Origin: Octopus vulgaris
Lineage: Eukaryota
DNA: 64,000 nt
Assembly: GCA_951406725.2 (NCBI GenBank)
Contig: OX597839.1
Coordinates: 7,750,001 to 7,814,000 of the forward strand
Direction: 5' to 3'
The translations under genes were made by a program, and so were the position numbers. Of the stretch, positions 1 through 14,828 are shown piece after piece. Below the pieces are notes generated by a model, which was not told the DNA's origin, ran no database searches, and saw only the letters and a program-made list of their open reading frames with translations. The stretch's first letter is position 1, and the number at the start of each line of letters is the position of its first letter.

Positions 1-342
1 TATATATATACAAACATACAGGAATATATGAATATATGTATATAGAGATATTAAATGCGTTTTCCGAGTATGTGATGGACGTTAACAACAGTCGACGAGT
101 GTGACAATTTTCATTATGTCTCTTAAATTCAAATTAATAAATTCACTTTACGAATAACTTTTGACATTAAGATTCCAGAAGACACAGAAATACGCAAACA
201 TATGCAAACCTATACACACGCCTTCTCTTTCTCTCTCACACACACACATACATATTTATATTTCTGCTTACAATATATGTATATATGCATACATATACCT
301 ACGCGTACGCGCACTCACTCACAAACACACATATATGTATGA

Positions 343-393
343 ATGTATGTATGTATGTATGTATGTATGTATGTATGTATTTATGTATGTATG

Positions 394-426
<33 letters not shown>

Positions 427-520
427 TTGTATGTATGTTTGTATGTATGTATGTATGTTTGTATGTATGTATGTATGTATGTGTATATGTATGTGTGTAT
501 GTACGTATGTATGTATGTAC

Positions 521-551
<31 letters not shown>

Positions 552-680
552 TGTATGTATGTATGTTTGTATGTATGTATGTATGTATGTATGTTTGTAT
601 GTATGTATGTATGTATATATGTATGTATGTATGTGTATATGTATGTGTGTAGGTATGTATGTATGTATGTATGTATGTAC

Positions 681-711
<31 letters not shown>

Positions 712-720
712 TGTATATGT
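343..720. repeat. (TATG)n microsatellite
   Basis: Direct observation; similar tracts at ~9970-10600, 24310-24726 and 55990-56140. Confidence 0.95.
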
Positions 721-1969
721 GTGTATTTGTATTGTTATGCATTTTTCTCCCCTTCTTCCCCCCCCTTTTCTCCCTCTCTTTCTATGTTTTTATCTGAAAA
801 TAAAAATGCCAATATGTTAAATTGAAAGATCACACAAATTGTAAAATAACTTAATTTGGTGACAACAACGTGGAAACGCTTGCCACAGCGATGTTGAAGC
901 GACGTCTTTCTTAAGTCTAATGTTAAAAGAGAGCCAAGCACATCGTATGTGGGATAGAAAAAGAAATAGAGAAATAGAGAAAGAGAGAGAGAGAGAAAGA
1001 GAAGATGGAATGGGAAAGAGTTGAAAGAGAAGGAGAGAGGAAGAGAGATGAAAAAGAGGGCAACAGTCAAAACAACTAATGAAACAATGCAATTTCACCG
1101 GAAACCTTATCAAATCTGTTAATATAACAAAACGACCTTCAAACCGAAAATAAATAAATAACTAAATAAACTGAGAAACAAATAAACATTGAAATAAATA
1201 AATTAATAAATAAATAAATAATTACAGAGAAAAAAACATTTAAATCAAAAAATAAATAAATAAATAAATATATAAAGTGAGTTGTCATTTAAAATATATT
1301 TAGTTTTTGTCAGACATTGATGGAAAGAAGAAACGAATGAGTTGACAACAACGTCAAACTTTTTATCATTTCAGCCATTTTATATTCTTCTTTCGTTTAT
1401 TTTTAATTGGTTTTTGGTAAGGGGTTTTTATGTCTGTGATGGTTTTTGATTTTTGTCGTTATGTTGTTGTTGATGTTGTTGTTTTGTCTTTTGTTCGTTT
1501 TGCTATTTCATTCTATTTTTTATGATGAGTCGTCGTTGTTGTTGGTGTTATGGTTTAAATATTTAATTCCACCATTTTGCTTGGTTTTAAAAGTATTAAA
1601 TATTTTACGGATGAAAGCAAAGTATGTAATATAATTTAAACATTTAGACAGTTTAATTTTTTTTTCCACTCACTTGACTCAGTCATTGGGCCGCAGCCAT
1701 GGTAGAGTACAAACTTGAAGATTTTTCGTGGATCATATATCGAAATAGTACTTATTTCTAAACCTATGCTCATATAAATAATCGTTTATTTTTATCTAAC
1801 CATTAATCTATGTAACACATGTCTAGCACGTAGTTAGAAGTTGATCGGCAAAGTTGGCCTAGAACTCTGTTGTCCATACGCACTGTTTTAGCGTTCTAGC
1901 TTACTTCCGATGTTTACAGCAATGCTTGGAAGGAAGGTGTGTAGCGTATGATCGTCGCATTGACCATGA

Positions 1970-2270
1970 CAGAGAAAGTTATCATGGTGATACCTGCTCA
2001 GTGGCCGACGCAAAGTTGCAGAAAATGTATGGAGAGGAATATATAAGCTGCACACAAATGTATGAGTGGTACAGAGGTTTCCAAGATGGCCGAAACAATG
2101 TCGATATTGACGAACGTTCTGGGAGACCAATAAAGCATCGCAGATGTGTGTGCAGCTGTGAGAGAAAATCGACGAATCACTATCCGCGAGGTATCAGAAA
2201 ATGTTCAGATTAGTTAGAATTCAGTTCAGTCCATAATCACTGACGATTTGGGTATGAAACGTGTGTCTCC
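1970..2270 (+). pseudogene. Mariner (Mos1/SETMAR-like) transposase N-terminal HTH relic
   Basis: LQKMYGEEYISCTQMYEWYRGFQDGRNNVDIDERSGRP, then after a frameshift ENRRITIREVSENVQIS*NSVQSIITDDLGMKRVS. Confidence 0.8.
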
Positions 2271-2282
2271 AGGATGACTACA

Positions 2283-2355
<73 letters not shown>

Positions 2356-2356
2356 C

Positions 2357-2550
2357 GACGCTATGATAGATCATTAGCCACTACACACATATTTTTCTCT
2401 CCTTGTTTTTTTCTGTGTCCCTTTCTGTAGAAGAGCGTAGGCTCGAAACGTAAAAGACTTTTCTCTATTCCTGAGCGTTATACTAATACATATGTTTGTT
2501 TTGTACACCACCTGTCTTAGTCTTTGGTTTTTTTTCGTAAACTTTCCCTT
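2357..2550 (+). mobile_element. Short pLTR-like repeat family P with HHR-like motif (CUGUAGA core, 2421-2456)
   Basis: CTTT-CTGTAGA-A-GAGC-GTAG-GCTC-GAAAC-GTA-AAAG; homologous copies at 13595, 23883 and 39650; embedded in (AT)n. Confidence 0.55.
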
Positions 2551-2605
<55 letters not shown>

Positions 2606-2966
2606 ACGATGAATAGCTTTGCGTAAACCATGGTCCGTTTTGTTCTCTTTCTTTATTATCATCTTATAATCATCTCATAATAGTGATTTTTATGACTCGT
2701 ATTACTACCCCAGTCAATCTAAATGCATATATTTGTCGTTACCTGTCATAAATAGCCTTTTTTTTATTTGCAATGTGCATTTTCGTTGATTTTTCATATT
2801 TTACCCTTACATTTCCACGTGTATATTATATTTTCTTTTCGTAACATATTTATACTATATATATGTGGTTGCATGTGTGTGTTGCTGTATTTGTGTTTGT
2901 GTGGGTCAATGTGTGGTTGTCAATATATGCATGAATGTATATGTCCGAACTTGTGTGGGTATGTAT

Positions 2967-3237
2967 GTCGACTGCGGGGTCACTCCGAAAAGCTCTATCT
3001 GCGACGATTTCATCTCAATCGAAGGAGAGCGGCTTTCTCCGTCCGGGTTGTGGATCCGTGGAATAAGCTGCCGGACGAGATAGTGAATATGCCGACGACC
3101 GCTCGGTTCAAAGTCTCCCTTGACCACAAATGGCCTGAACTCTTTACATGAACACCACTCTGTACATAACTCCATGTCCCCCTACATGGCCTTGCTTTTT
3201 GCTTTTTGAACCAAAAAAAATAACTAGCTAACTAACT

Positions 3238-3240
<3 letters not shown>
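2967..3240 (+). mobile_element. CR1-like LINE 3' fragment with (TAAC)n tail
   Basis: LRGHSEKL...RRAAFSVRVVDPWNKLPDEIV...FKVSLD is a typical CR1-group ORF2 C-terminus. Confidence 0.75.
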
Positions 3241-3300
<60 letters not shown>

Positions 3301-3303
<3 letters not shown>

Positions 3304-3506
3304 ATCTCTTGAGCACCGCCAGCAAAAAATTTTTTTCCTCTGTCTTCCCTTCTCGGGATCTTTCCTTCTCCTTTGTTTCCGACGAAGAGCTCCGCTCGAA
3401 ACGTTAAACCCTCCTTCCCTTCTTTCCTGAGCGTCAAATAATACTTTAATTGTTCCACGTCCTCGCGTTGCTCTGTTTTTTTCTGTGTTTTCTTATTTGG
3501 ATTAAC

Positions 3507-3507
<1 letters not shown>
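3301..3507 (+). mobile_element. Short Penelope-pLTR-like insert with a minimal HHR (3375-3409)
   Basis: GUUU-CCGACGA-A-GAGC-UCC-GCUC-GAAAC-GUU-AAAC; flanked by (AT)n on both sides. Confidence 0.6.
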
Positions 3508-3588
<81 letters not shown>

Positions 3589-4727
3589 GACACACACATA
3601 CAGCTAAAATGAAAGTCCTTGAAGTACCCCTGCATGCACTACCTCAGAAAGAAGACCCTAAGATGTCTCCAGTATGACTACAACAGGACCGCAATCCAGT
3701 GAATGAAATCAATAATTATATAATGGATAAGAGTATAGCAGAATAATCGAATAAAAAAAAATATACAATTAGTAGCATTGTATTATGAAAGCAGCGCTAA
3801 ATTGCCTGAAAGAATAGAAGACTATATCCCCAGTGTTCGTGTTTGGGTTTTTGTGTGGACCAGCGAACGTAACAGCCTGTCCATTTTTTTTCATCCAAAG
3901 ACTCCATTCTGTAGTTAGAGAGAACAAATGGACAATTAATTTACTTTCTCTCTTGACCTTTAACCAGGTTTAAAACAAATAACAGCAACAACGACATCAA
4001 TAACGTAAGTCATCAATGGAAGCTTTGCTCTATGTTTGCGTTTGTGTTTATAAATTGGTTTGGTTTTTTTTTCTTTTTTTATGGTTTTTTTTTGTTGTTT
4101 TTTTTGTTGTATTTTTATAATTTTTTTTTTACCTGTTTGTATGAATGGTTATCACATGAGTGAAATATGAAAACAATTGACAACATACACGCATCATACG
4201 CTTCGGAAAAAACCTAAGTGCATAGCATATACATCCACGCATACAAACACACATACACACACACATGCGTTTTTATGCTCCCTGCTTTTATCACACCGAC
4301 ATTCAAACGTGTATTCACAACATTCCACCCTCAACAACCAACAAAAACACACTCACATGCATATGTTTCTGAAAAAGAAATACATATACATTCACATACA
4401 TAAACAACCAAACAGAAATACGCTTCCACATATATCTACACACACACACAAACACAAACACACACACACACACACACACACACAAGTCCCACACATCCGT
4501 TTAGATTCACAAACATTCTCATATACTTTAATTCGCATATTAAATACACACACACAACACACGCACATACACACATACATATATACACACAGACACATAC
4601 ATAGACATACACACACAAAGAGACACACATATGCACGCACAGAGACATACATAAACATACACACATATATGCACGCACAGAGACATACATAGACATATGC
4701 ACACATACACACACATATACACGCGCG

Positions 4728-4766
<39 letters not shown>

Positions 4767-5675
4767 GTATACACTCACTTGCATATATATAAAAAATATA
4801 CTTGCATACACACAGATACAAATATACATACACATACAACAGACATTTACACGTATATATTTACATATATAGTCACAACTTAGCATGCACATACACAGGT
4901 ACACACATACACATGCATACACAGACATGTATCCGGACAGGCATACATTCAGATACATACACACACACGTTCAGACATATACATTCATACATATATTGAC
5001 AACCACACATTGACCCACACAAATACAAATACAGCAACACACACACATACAACCACATAATATCTTCCATCTACATTCACACACAAATCTACAACCACAA
5101 ACATATACACATACACAAACATCTACACAGATGCACATATACAAATACACACATACATACATTATACACATACGCACCACAAGCACAAATATTACGAAAA
5201 AATAGCAAAAAAAAGCAAGCAATTTTGTTGATGTTGTTGGCTTCTCCGGACATCATATTGAAGCATAGTCAAACAACTGATATAGTCACATTGTGAATAG
5301 CTTTAGACAGATATAGTCACATTATAAGTGTCTATAGACAGATTCAATGGACAGGAAAGCACTTTCGCTTTTGACATTTTTACCATTGTTTTGTCTCATT
5401 AGATGCTGTGTTTGCATATGTGTGCATCCGTGTGTGTATGTATGCATGCATGTGAGTGTATATATATATAAAAAAAGTATGTATATATATGTGCGTGTGT
5501 GTGTGTGTGCGTGCATATGTGTGTATGTCTATGTATGTCTCTCTGCCTGTATATATGCATGTGTGTATGTGCGTGTGCTGAGTGTGTGTGTGTAATATAT
5601 GTGTCTGTGTATGCATGTATATATAAGCATGAGTTTATGCGTATATATCCCTTGAATATGTATTCTATATACATA

Positions 5676-5713
<38 letters not shown>

Positions 5714-5824
5714 CGTGTATGCATATATATATATATATGCATACATATATGTATTTTTATTTGAATGCATCGTACACACACACATACACACACGCATATA
5801 TACACATATATACATATATATATG

Positions 5825-5867
<43 letters not shown>

Positions 5868-6306
5868 CATCTTCCGTCTTTGTATATATTCTTTGTATTA
5901 TATCCTCTACGCACATCTGTATTGTATATATGTAGTGTTTTGTGCGCATGTGTATTGTATATGTGTGTATACATCATACGGTAATCGAAGGGAGGCGATG
6001 AGAAGGTGGGGGTACGCTATTTACCCATAAAATGATCAATTAGTAAAATGTTATTTTAAACAAAAGGTTGTTCTTTAATTCTATACATCAGAAACGGTCG
6101 GTGTTTGAAGAGCAAAATAGGAAGAAGAACTAACAACAGGCAGAAACGTCAGAGCTTTGGATTAAATGCCAGGCTGTATTTAGTTATAACCCTGTGTATT
6201 GTGAGTTCAAATACCAGCGAGGTCAACGTTGCATTTTTATCGTTCCATGCTCAATATAACCGACTTTGTTTGTTTATGTGAGTTCGTTTGTGTGTATATA
6301 TATATT

Positions 6307-6348
<42 letters not shown>

Positions 6349-6400
6349 AGTTCGTGTGTGTGTGTTTATATATATATATATGTGCGTGTATATATATATT

Positions 6401-6621
6401 TCTTTACTGCTCAGAAGGAGTTAAACATAGAGGGGACAAACTAGGACAGACGAAGGGATTGAGTCGATTATATCGCCCCCAGTGCGAAACTGGTACTTTA
6501 ATTATCGACCCCGAAAGGATGAAAGGCAAAGTTGACCTCGGCGGAATTTGAACTCAGAACGTAACGACAGAAGAAATACCGCTAAGCATTTCGCCCGGCG
6601 CGCTAACGTGTCTGCCAGCTC

Positions 6622-6622
<1 letters not shown>
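6401..6622 (-). mobile_element. tRNA-derived SINE family A
   Basis: Head GAGCTGGCAGA..GTTAGC, B-box GAGTTCAAATTCC, body GCCTTTCATCCTTTCGGGGTCGAT. Further partial copies at ~6750-6900, 7118-7330, 7603-7730, 14868-15070, 23600-23770 and 34730-34872. Confidence 0.8.
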
Positions 6623-6691
<69 letters not shown>

Positions 6692-8160
6692 TAACCTCTT
6701 CCCAAATAATATGATGCTTTATTATTATTATTATTATGGCTAAAAAGCAATGAGCTGGCAAAATTATTAGCACGCCGGATGAAATGCTTTGCGGCATTTC
6801 GTCCGTCTTTTCATTCTGAGTTCAAACTCCGTCGAGTTCGACTTTGCTTTTCGTCCTTTCGGGATCGATAAAGCAAGTACCAGTTAAACATTGGAGCCGA
6901 TGTGAAGGACTTTATAACGTCTATGAAATTGATATAAAACGAGATTTATCATTACTCTATGATGTTTCTTCCTCAGTGCAAAGGCTACATTTGTTTCATT
7001 TCCATTTGGTCTTACCTCGAAATGTTACCAATTGCTGATTGTTGGAAAGAAGTATTTGATCACTCACGAATTTGATCACCTTCTGCCAAAATTGAAACCA
7101 TTATTACTATGCTTAAAAAGGCGGCGAGCTGGCAAAATCGTTAGCATACCAGGCTAATGCTTAGCGGCATTTCGTCCATCTTTAAGTTCTTTGTTCATAT
7201 TCCGCTCGGGTCGTTTTTGCTTTTCCCCCTTACAGGGTCCATATAAGTACCAGTTGAACACGGGCGTCAATATAATTGACTTTTCCTTTCCTCCGAAATT
7301 GCCGTCCTTCTCAGGCAAAATTTGAAACAATTTTTACCACGGTTAATGGGTTGGAACACCAACCAGCCTCTTCGTTCTTTCTGGTCACAAGACTGCCAAA
7401 AATAGTAGCATAATTACCTTCAAATGTCCAAAATAAGAATAGGGTCAAAAATAATAAACAAAGTGATTTTCATCATGGGATTGCTTCATCATGGCTGGCA
7501 TGAGGTTAACCACCTCAACAGTCCTCACCATAACCGCCACCACCATCAACACAAATAACTACAATAACAAAATCAATGCCAACATAACAATATAGTCATA
7601 CGGGGCCGACTTTGCCTTTCATCTTTTCGGGGTCGATAAATTAAGTACCAGTTGTGTGCTGGGGTCGATCTAATCGACTGTCACCCTCCTCCAAAATTTC
7701 GCGCTTTGTGCCTAGAATAGAAAGGAATATAAATTCGTGAGATTCTCCACTCCTCACGGCAGGTAAAACGTGGTTATGTTGGTACCTTTGACTTCATACC
7801 TTCTGCGTCACTCGCTACAAGAATGAACTTTTTTTCCCTATAAACAACATGAGAGAAACCAGCTTAAGTTGTAGAAGAATTGGTGAATGCAAAAATTTGG
7901 AGGTAATTATTTTATTCATTTCATCTTTTCCTTGCCATTTACTAAATAAGGCCTACATAACTCGACATCATTCCGAACAATGGGGGACTAGGCCTCATTG
8001 CCTCATTATTAAATCCATTCCCTAAACCTGCTATCAGCAGATATTCTTTGGCTGTATTGACTTATGCTTTCCATCTCATAACTACCTTTCTATTCTCTCT
8101 TGGACATTGTGACTTCGCAACAAAACCATTTGATTCACCAGTGTTTTAGTTGTTATTTCA

Positions 8161-8542
8161 GGAGGCGCAATGGCCCAGTGGTTAGGGCAGAGGACTCGCG
8201 GTCATAGGATCGCGGTTTCGATTCCCAGACCGGGCGTTGTGAGTGTTTATTGAGCGAAAACACCTAAAGCTCCACGAGGCTCCGGCAGGGGATGGTGGTG
8301 ATCCCTGCTGTACTCTTTCACCACAAGTTTCTCTCACTCTGTCTTCCTATTTCTGTTGTACCTGTATTTCCAAGGGCCGGCCTTGTCACTCTCTGTGTCA
8401 CGCTGAATCTCCCCGAGAACTGCGTTAAGGGTACACGTGTCTGTGGAGTTCCCAGCCACTTACACGTTAATTTCACGAGCAGGCTGTTCCGTTGATTCGG
8501 ATCAACCGGAACCCTCATCGTCGTAACCGACGGAGTGCTTCC
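8161..8542 (+). mobile_element. SINE family C, tail type 1
   Basis: A-box TGGCCCAGTGG, B-box GTTTCGATTCCC; 13-bp TSD AGTTGTTATTTCA at 8148 and 8543. Confidence 0.88.
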
Positions 8543-8796
8543 AGTTGTTATTTCAAAGACTAATGCTCCCAGTTTTTTGACACAGTTTTTTATTTGACAA
8601 TATGTTGGGTCAGAAGATTTCCGTCAGATTTTCTTGCAACAGACATTAGAGAAAGCATTGATCTTTCTATATCCATTCAACAATCGCTAATTCAGAATGG
8701 CAGCAATGTACTGCTTAAAGCCGACCCTTTTGCAACAACAACGGTGTTGCTTAATGTCTTAAGAAGCATCAGAAAGGTTGAAATATAACGAATTTA

Positions 8797-9296
8797 TTAC
8801 TCTTTTACTCTTTTACTTGTTTCAGTCATGTGACTGTGACCATGCTGGACCACTGCCTTTAGTCGAGCAAATCGGATCCAGGACTTATTCTTTGTAAGCC
8901 CAGTACTTATTCTATCAGTCACTTCTGCCGAACCGTTAAGTGACGGGGACGTAAACACACCAACATCGGTTGTCAAGTGATGTTGGGGGGACAAACACAG
9001 CCACACAAACACACACACACACACACACACACATACACACACACATATATATACTCGTTACTCTTTTACTCCTTTACTTGTTTCAGTCATTTGACTGCGG
9101 CCAAGCTGGAGCACCGCCTTTAATCGAGCAACTCGACCCTGGGACTTATTCTTTTGTAAGCCCAGTACTTATTCTATCGGTCTCTTTTGCCGAACCGCTA
9201 AGTAACGGGGACGTAAACACACCAGCATCGGTTGTCAAGCAATGCTAGAGGGACAAACACAGACATACAAACATACACGCACACACACACACACAT

Positions 9297-9336
<40 letters not shown>

Positions 9337-9420
9337 GACGGGCTTCTTTCAGTTTCCGTCTACCAAATCTACTCACAAGGCTATGGTCGGCTCGAGAGGC
9401 TATAGTAGAAGACACTTGCT
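8797..9420 (-). mobile_element. Two adjacent SINE family B copies (head-truncated)
   Basis: Tail GGCGGTGCTCCAGCATGGCC..GAAACAAG(TAAAAGAG)n; internal (CA)n/(TA)n. Confidence 0.8.
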
Positions 9421-9638
9421 AAACCACATTATAATTATCATCATCATCAGCAGCTACAACAACAACAACAACGGCAATAAATTTGTAAATGGATGGAGTT
9501 TAGCCTGCTAGTCATTTCATCGACGCGGTGAAGTCTGATATAATGTTGCTGAAATTATGGACGGCCAAGTCACAAATATTCTCTTTATTCATTTTATGAA
9601 ATCTAGACGATGTCTACCTATCTCTGTCAGGACATGTA

Positions 9639-9721
<83 letters not shown>

Positions 9722-9879
9722 GTACATATATAAGTAAATACATACGTACGTATGTATTTTGTAAATAGATATGTACATACATATATATACTTACACACAT
9801 ACACAGTATCATCGCAGTACAGATACGTACTTGTGTTTAGGCTTGTAATATCTCTCTCTTTCTCTTTTTATTCAGATGT

Positions 9880-9919
<40 letters not shown>

Positions 9920-10314
9920 TTGTATTTATATATATATTTATACATACGCACGTATTTATTCATAGCAATTCCTACATACATACATACATACATACATACA
10001 TACGTACGTACGCAAATTCATACATATATGTATATATATATGTGTGTGTGCATATATATGTGTGTATATATATTATATATGTTTATGTATGAATTTGGCA
10101 TGTGTATGTAGATGTATGTGTACATGTATGCATATATATATATATATATATATACGCATACATACATACATACATACATACATACGTACATATATACATA
10201 CATACATACGTACATTCATACATATATGTATGTATATATATATGTGTGTGTACATATATTATATATATTTACGTATGAGTTTGGCATGTGTATGTAGATG
10301 TATGTGTACATGTA

Positions 10315-10359
<45 letters not shown>

Positions 10360-11660
10360 GCATACATGTACACATACATCTACATATATATATACATACA
10401 TACATACACACATACATACATACATACATACATACATACATACATACATACATTCATACATACATACATACATACATATATACATACATACATACATACA
10501 TACATACATACATACATGCATACACACATTCATACATACATACATGCATACATACATACATACATACATACATACACACATACATACATACATACGTATG
10601 TATGTACTTATGTATAGCAGAGTATGTAAACATATCAAACCGAGTCCAATCATCGTGATGTTTCATTCTCCAGGCATCGAAGAAGGATCAATTTCCTCCA
10701 TTATTATACTCCATCTACTCAGCTGAATTCCATCGATTTGTTTATTCTTTCATTCATTCTTTCTTTCTTTCTTTCTTTTTCTATTTTGTTTTTATTACTA
10801 GTTTTTGTTCCTGTTGTTGTGGTTGTGGTTGTTATTTTCTTCTTCTTTTGTGCCGAGGAATAAATCAATTTTTGTGCCATAACATAACACCTTCGTTTCC
10901 ATCCCCCCCCCCCCCGTGTCCATCGTCGTCACTATCAACACCACAACCATCACACGTATCGACTCCGCAACCGCCACCAGCCCGTCACACCGACACTACC
11001 ACCAGCACCAGCGCCGACACCGTCTCCAGCTCCCGTTACAAGCACGCCCACCGCCACCGGCATGCCCAGTAACATCAACACCATTAATACCCCAAGAATA
11101 CCATTATCCTCTGCATTGCCACGGCTTGAAACAGAATACATACTGTCGCTACCACCCCGCCAATTCTATTATCCCACCAACACTATCACCAACGCGTCTA
11201 ACACCAACGCATTTATGCCCCACCCCAAGAGCACTCCTTTAACCATCAGCAAGCGAGCCAGTGATGTTGCCTACACGTGGTCACTAAATTTGCTAGAAAT
11301 AGCTCATTAAATCTTTAAACAACCAGAACATATTGGAAAATATAGTTGACAGATATTCTATCTTGATTGAATAACGGTCGGTTTGGTCACGGATGGAAGG
11401 CTTTTTTATCATAGGTTCTAATCCAATCATTTGCAATCTATGACGGTGGGGTTTTCTGAATGGTAAATCTAACGAAAAATTACTTTGAGTTGTTTTTTTG
11501 GTGCGGCTTGCTTGTGGTTAGATTGTGGGTTTATGCGGCCCGTTTCTCGAAGACATTTGCCAATAGCTTGCCTAGGATACCAGTGTCGGACTGGGGTCGA
11601 GAAATAACCATACCGCCGCTTACATCATCACTACAACAATCATCTTCAGAAACACAACAC

Positions 11661-11893
11661 CTATTTCTTTACCATCCACAAGGGGCTAAACATAGAGAGT
11701 ACAAACAAGGACAGACAAACGGATTAAGTCGATCATATCGATTCCAGTGCGTAACTGATACTTATTTAATCGACCCCGAAAGGATGAAAGGCAAAGTCGA
11801 CCTCGGCGGAATTTGAACTCAGAACGTAGCGGCAGACGAAATACCGCTAAGCATTTCGCCCGGCGTGCTAACGTTTCTGCCAGCTCGCCGCCT
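11661..11893 (-). mobile_element. SINE family A
   Basis: Full-length match to the other family A copies. Confidence 0.85.
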
Positions 11894-12280
11894 TATACAG
11901 AACATCAGAAACGCAACACCATCACCATCATTACCACAAGCAACAACACCACAACAAAGAACAGCACCACCACTACCAACAACACCAACAACAACATCAT
12001 CATCAACAGCAACAAGACCAACAGCAACGCCAACACCACCTTTATGTCGGTACCAGTTCCTATACTATTACAGACTAAGCGGCAACCATAACGAAATCAC
12101 TCCATTCAGCCACCATGTTTCACTAATACGTGGTTGAGAAAATATGAGGAGGAGAAGGAGGAGTAGGCGAACAAGTATTACTTTCTTTTTATCTTTCTTA
12201 CTCTCTGTCTGTCCTTCCCGTTCTCTCCCTATAATTATATATATTTATACACGCACACACATGCGCACACACACACACGC

Positions 12281-12318
<38 letters not shown>

Positions 12319-12347
12319 TATATTTACATATACAGACATATATATAT

Positions 12348-12424
<77 letters not shown>

Positions 12425-13594
12425 TGTATGTGTGTGCACATGTGTGTGTGTGCACATGTGTTGTGTGTATATATATATATATATATATCTTTACATGTGT
12501 GTGTATACACACACATAAGTATGTATGTATGTGTGTGTATGTATGTATGTATGTGTGTATGTATGTATGTATGTATGTATGTATGTATGTATGTATGTAT
12601 GTATGTATGAATGTCTCTATGTATGTAAATCTACGTAAGACTGTGTGTCTATATCTGTATTTCTGTATCATTGTTACTCGGCCAAATTTCCGACATTTTT
12701 ATTTAGCGAAACAATCCATCAAAGGTCAGGAACAGTGTCAGTATCAGTGAAAAGAATGGGGTTGGGTGTTCGAAAAATATCAGGTTCCCTTCAAAAACGT
12801 ATTGACCTTCCTTCGATGAATTTAACCCTTGAAATCGCCAGGACGTGCTTAACGTCATCAATATTTGTTGAAAGACGTAAAGAGAGCTGAAAAACTTTCT
12901 GATCGATAATGTATTGGTAAAAGGAATTTTCTGTGTAAATTTCCATTTGTCTACTTCTGGTCAAAGACATGATTTATTATATGCTGTATATATTATATAC
13001 GGGTGTAGGAATGGCCTTGTGGCTACGCAGTTTGTTTTGTAACCACATGCCTTCGAGTTACATTCCACTGTGCTTCTTGCTGGGAAATGCGTCATTGAAC
13101 ATAGATTTGTGTTGCCAAATGATATCGTGAATAAAATTTGGCAGACACAAGTTGAACAAAAGCCTTGCATACATTTCATATATGCGTCTATATGTATATA
13201 AGCTTATAACATGTATATACAGACACACTCACATACATAAATAAATACATACATACACAAGAAGGAAGGATACAAATAGAGTCTAAGAATTCACGATGGC
13301 TGTTTCAGCAGTATATTTTATTGCTGGCAACTTCCATTATTTCGTAAGTATGTGTGTGTGAGTGTGCGTGTGCGTAAGGGTGCATATATATATATACCGG
13401 AGTAAACACATAAATGTGAAACAAGGTGGAAAAAAAGAGTACTCAAATACCAGAGGTAGAGTAATATGCTTTATTTAAAAGCAGAAGAAATTTAACAAAA
13501 GCTGTTACTCGGAGTTTCACGTTCCTGTTCTTTTGTTAAATTTTGTTAAATGTCTGCTGCTTTTAAATAAAGTATATATATATGTATATATGAC

Positions 13595-13760
13595 GGGAAG
13601 CTTTATGAAAATAAACAAAAGACGAAGGCAGGTGGAATACAAACAAACAATTGTATTAGTATGGCGCTCAGGAATATAAATAAAACAAGTCTTTTACGTT
13701 TCGAGCCTACGCTCTTCAACAGAAAGATACACAGAAAAGAAACACGGAGAGAAACAAGGA
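13595..13760 (-). mobile_element. Family P copy (CUGUUGA core, 13691-13726)
   Basis: Reverse-complement homology to 2357-2550. Confidence 0.55.
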
Positions 13761-13795
<35 letters not shown>

Positions 13796-14038
13796 GTATA
13801 TATATATATACATATACATATATATACATATACATATATATATATGTATGTATGTATGTATATGTATATGTATATATATGTATATGTATATATATACTTA
13901 TATGTTATGCATATATGTATGCTTATGCGTTTGTCTACAAACACACATTGAGCGCTCTAATAAACTTATCAGTGTCCTGCGTATTGAAATACATAAGTTC
14001 TAACAACTCCTACAATTAAGTGATGTATATACAAACAC

Positions 14039-14332
14039 GTGGAAGCGCAATGGCCCACTGGTTAGGGCAGTGGACTCGCGGTCGTAGAATCGCGGTTTCA
14101 ATTCCCAGACTGGGCGTTGTGTGTGTTTATTGAGCGAAAACACCTAGAAGCTCCACGAGGCTCCAGCAGGGGGTGGTGATCCATTCTGTACTCTTTCTCT
14201 CACTCTTTCTTCTGTTGGTCTGCTCGCTTAGCCAGTGGGGTGGTGTCATTCGAAGGCTAAAACAATGCGAACGCATTGTGACCAGCGATGTGTGGCAACA
14301 TCTGATAGCCTGGTCGGTCACGTGATCACGTG
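14039..14332 (+). mobile_element. SINE family C, tail type 2
   Basis: Same head; tail ends GTCACGTGATCACGTG; TSD ATATACAAACAC at 14027 and 14333. Confidence 0.85.
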
Positions 14333-14408
14333 ATATACAAACACACATATGTATATGTATTTATGTGTATATATATATATGTATCATCATTATTATCAGC
14401 ATCATCAT

Positions 14409-14828
14409 TATTACCTCTACGTTAGCGAAGTCGGAGGTATTACTTTTAGTCATGTTCGTTCGTTGCTTGTTTGTCCGTGGACAGGGTATCTCAACAACCG
14501 TTGGATGGATTCGGATGAAACTTTCATGTTTGACCTCGTGAATGGCACGAACTGATGAAATTTTGGGATCGATCCGGTACCGGACAAAGCTTCTGGATTA
14601 TTTTTCCGGTTTAAAAAAAAGGGGAAAAATAATCCAGAATATTTATCCGGTACTGGATCGATCCCAAAATAATTTTTGAGAGCGGTCGGGTTCATTTTTA
14701 GTATTCACCTTTGTGAGGGCAGTGAAATTTATTTCAGATATTCTCATTTTAAAAATCATATCCGGTTAATCCTTGTGAGGGCGTTGGTGTTGCCTTGGCG
14801 GAGGTTTCCGCTCTCTGAGTGTTCTTAT
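14409..14828 (+). mobile_element. Non-autonomous Helentron/HINE-like element
   Basis: 5' ATTACCTC..GGAGGT hairpin; 3' sub-TIR CCTTGGCGGAGGT followed by the CGCTCTCTGAGTG hairpin; internal palindrome 14561-14670. Confidence 0.6.

Noticed and set aside
8161-8232. tRNA genes at SINE heads (also 22909, 44818, 50385, 61351)
   Set aside because: A and B boxes are present, but acceptor stems are incomplete. Most run into SINE bodies, some bounded by TSDs; 44818 is a lone truncated head.
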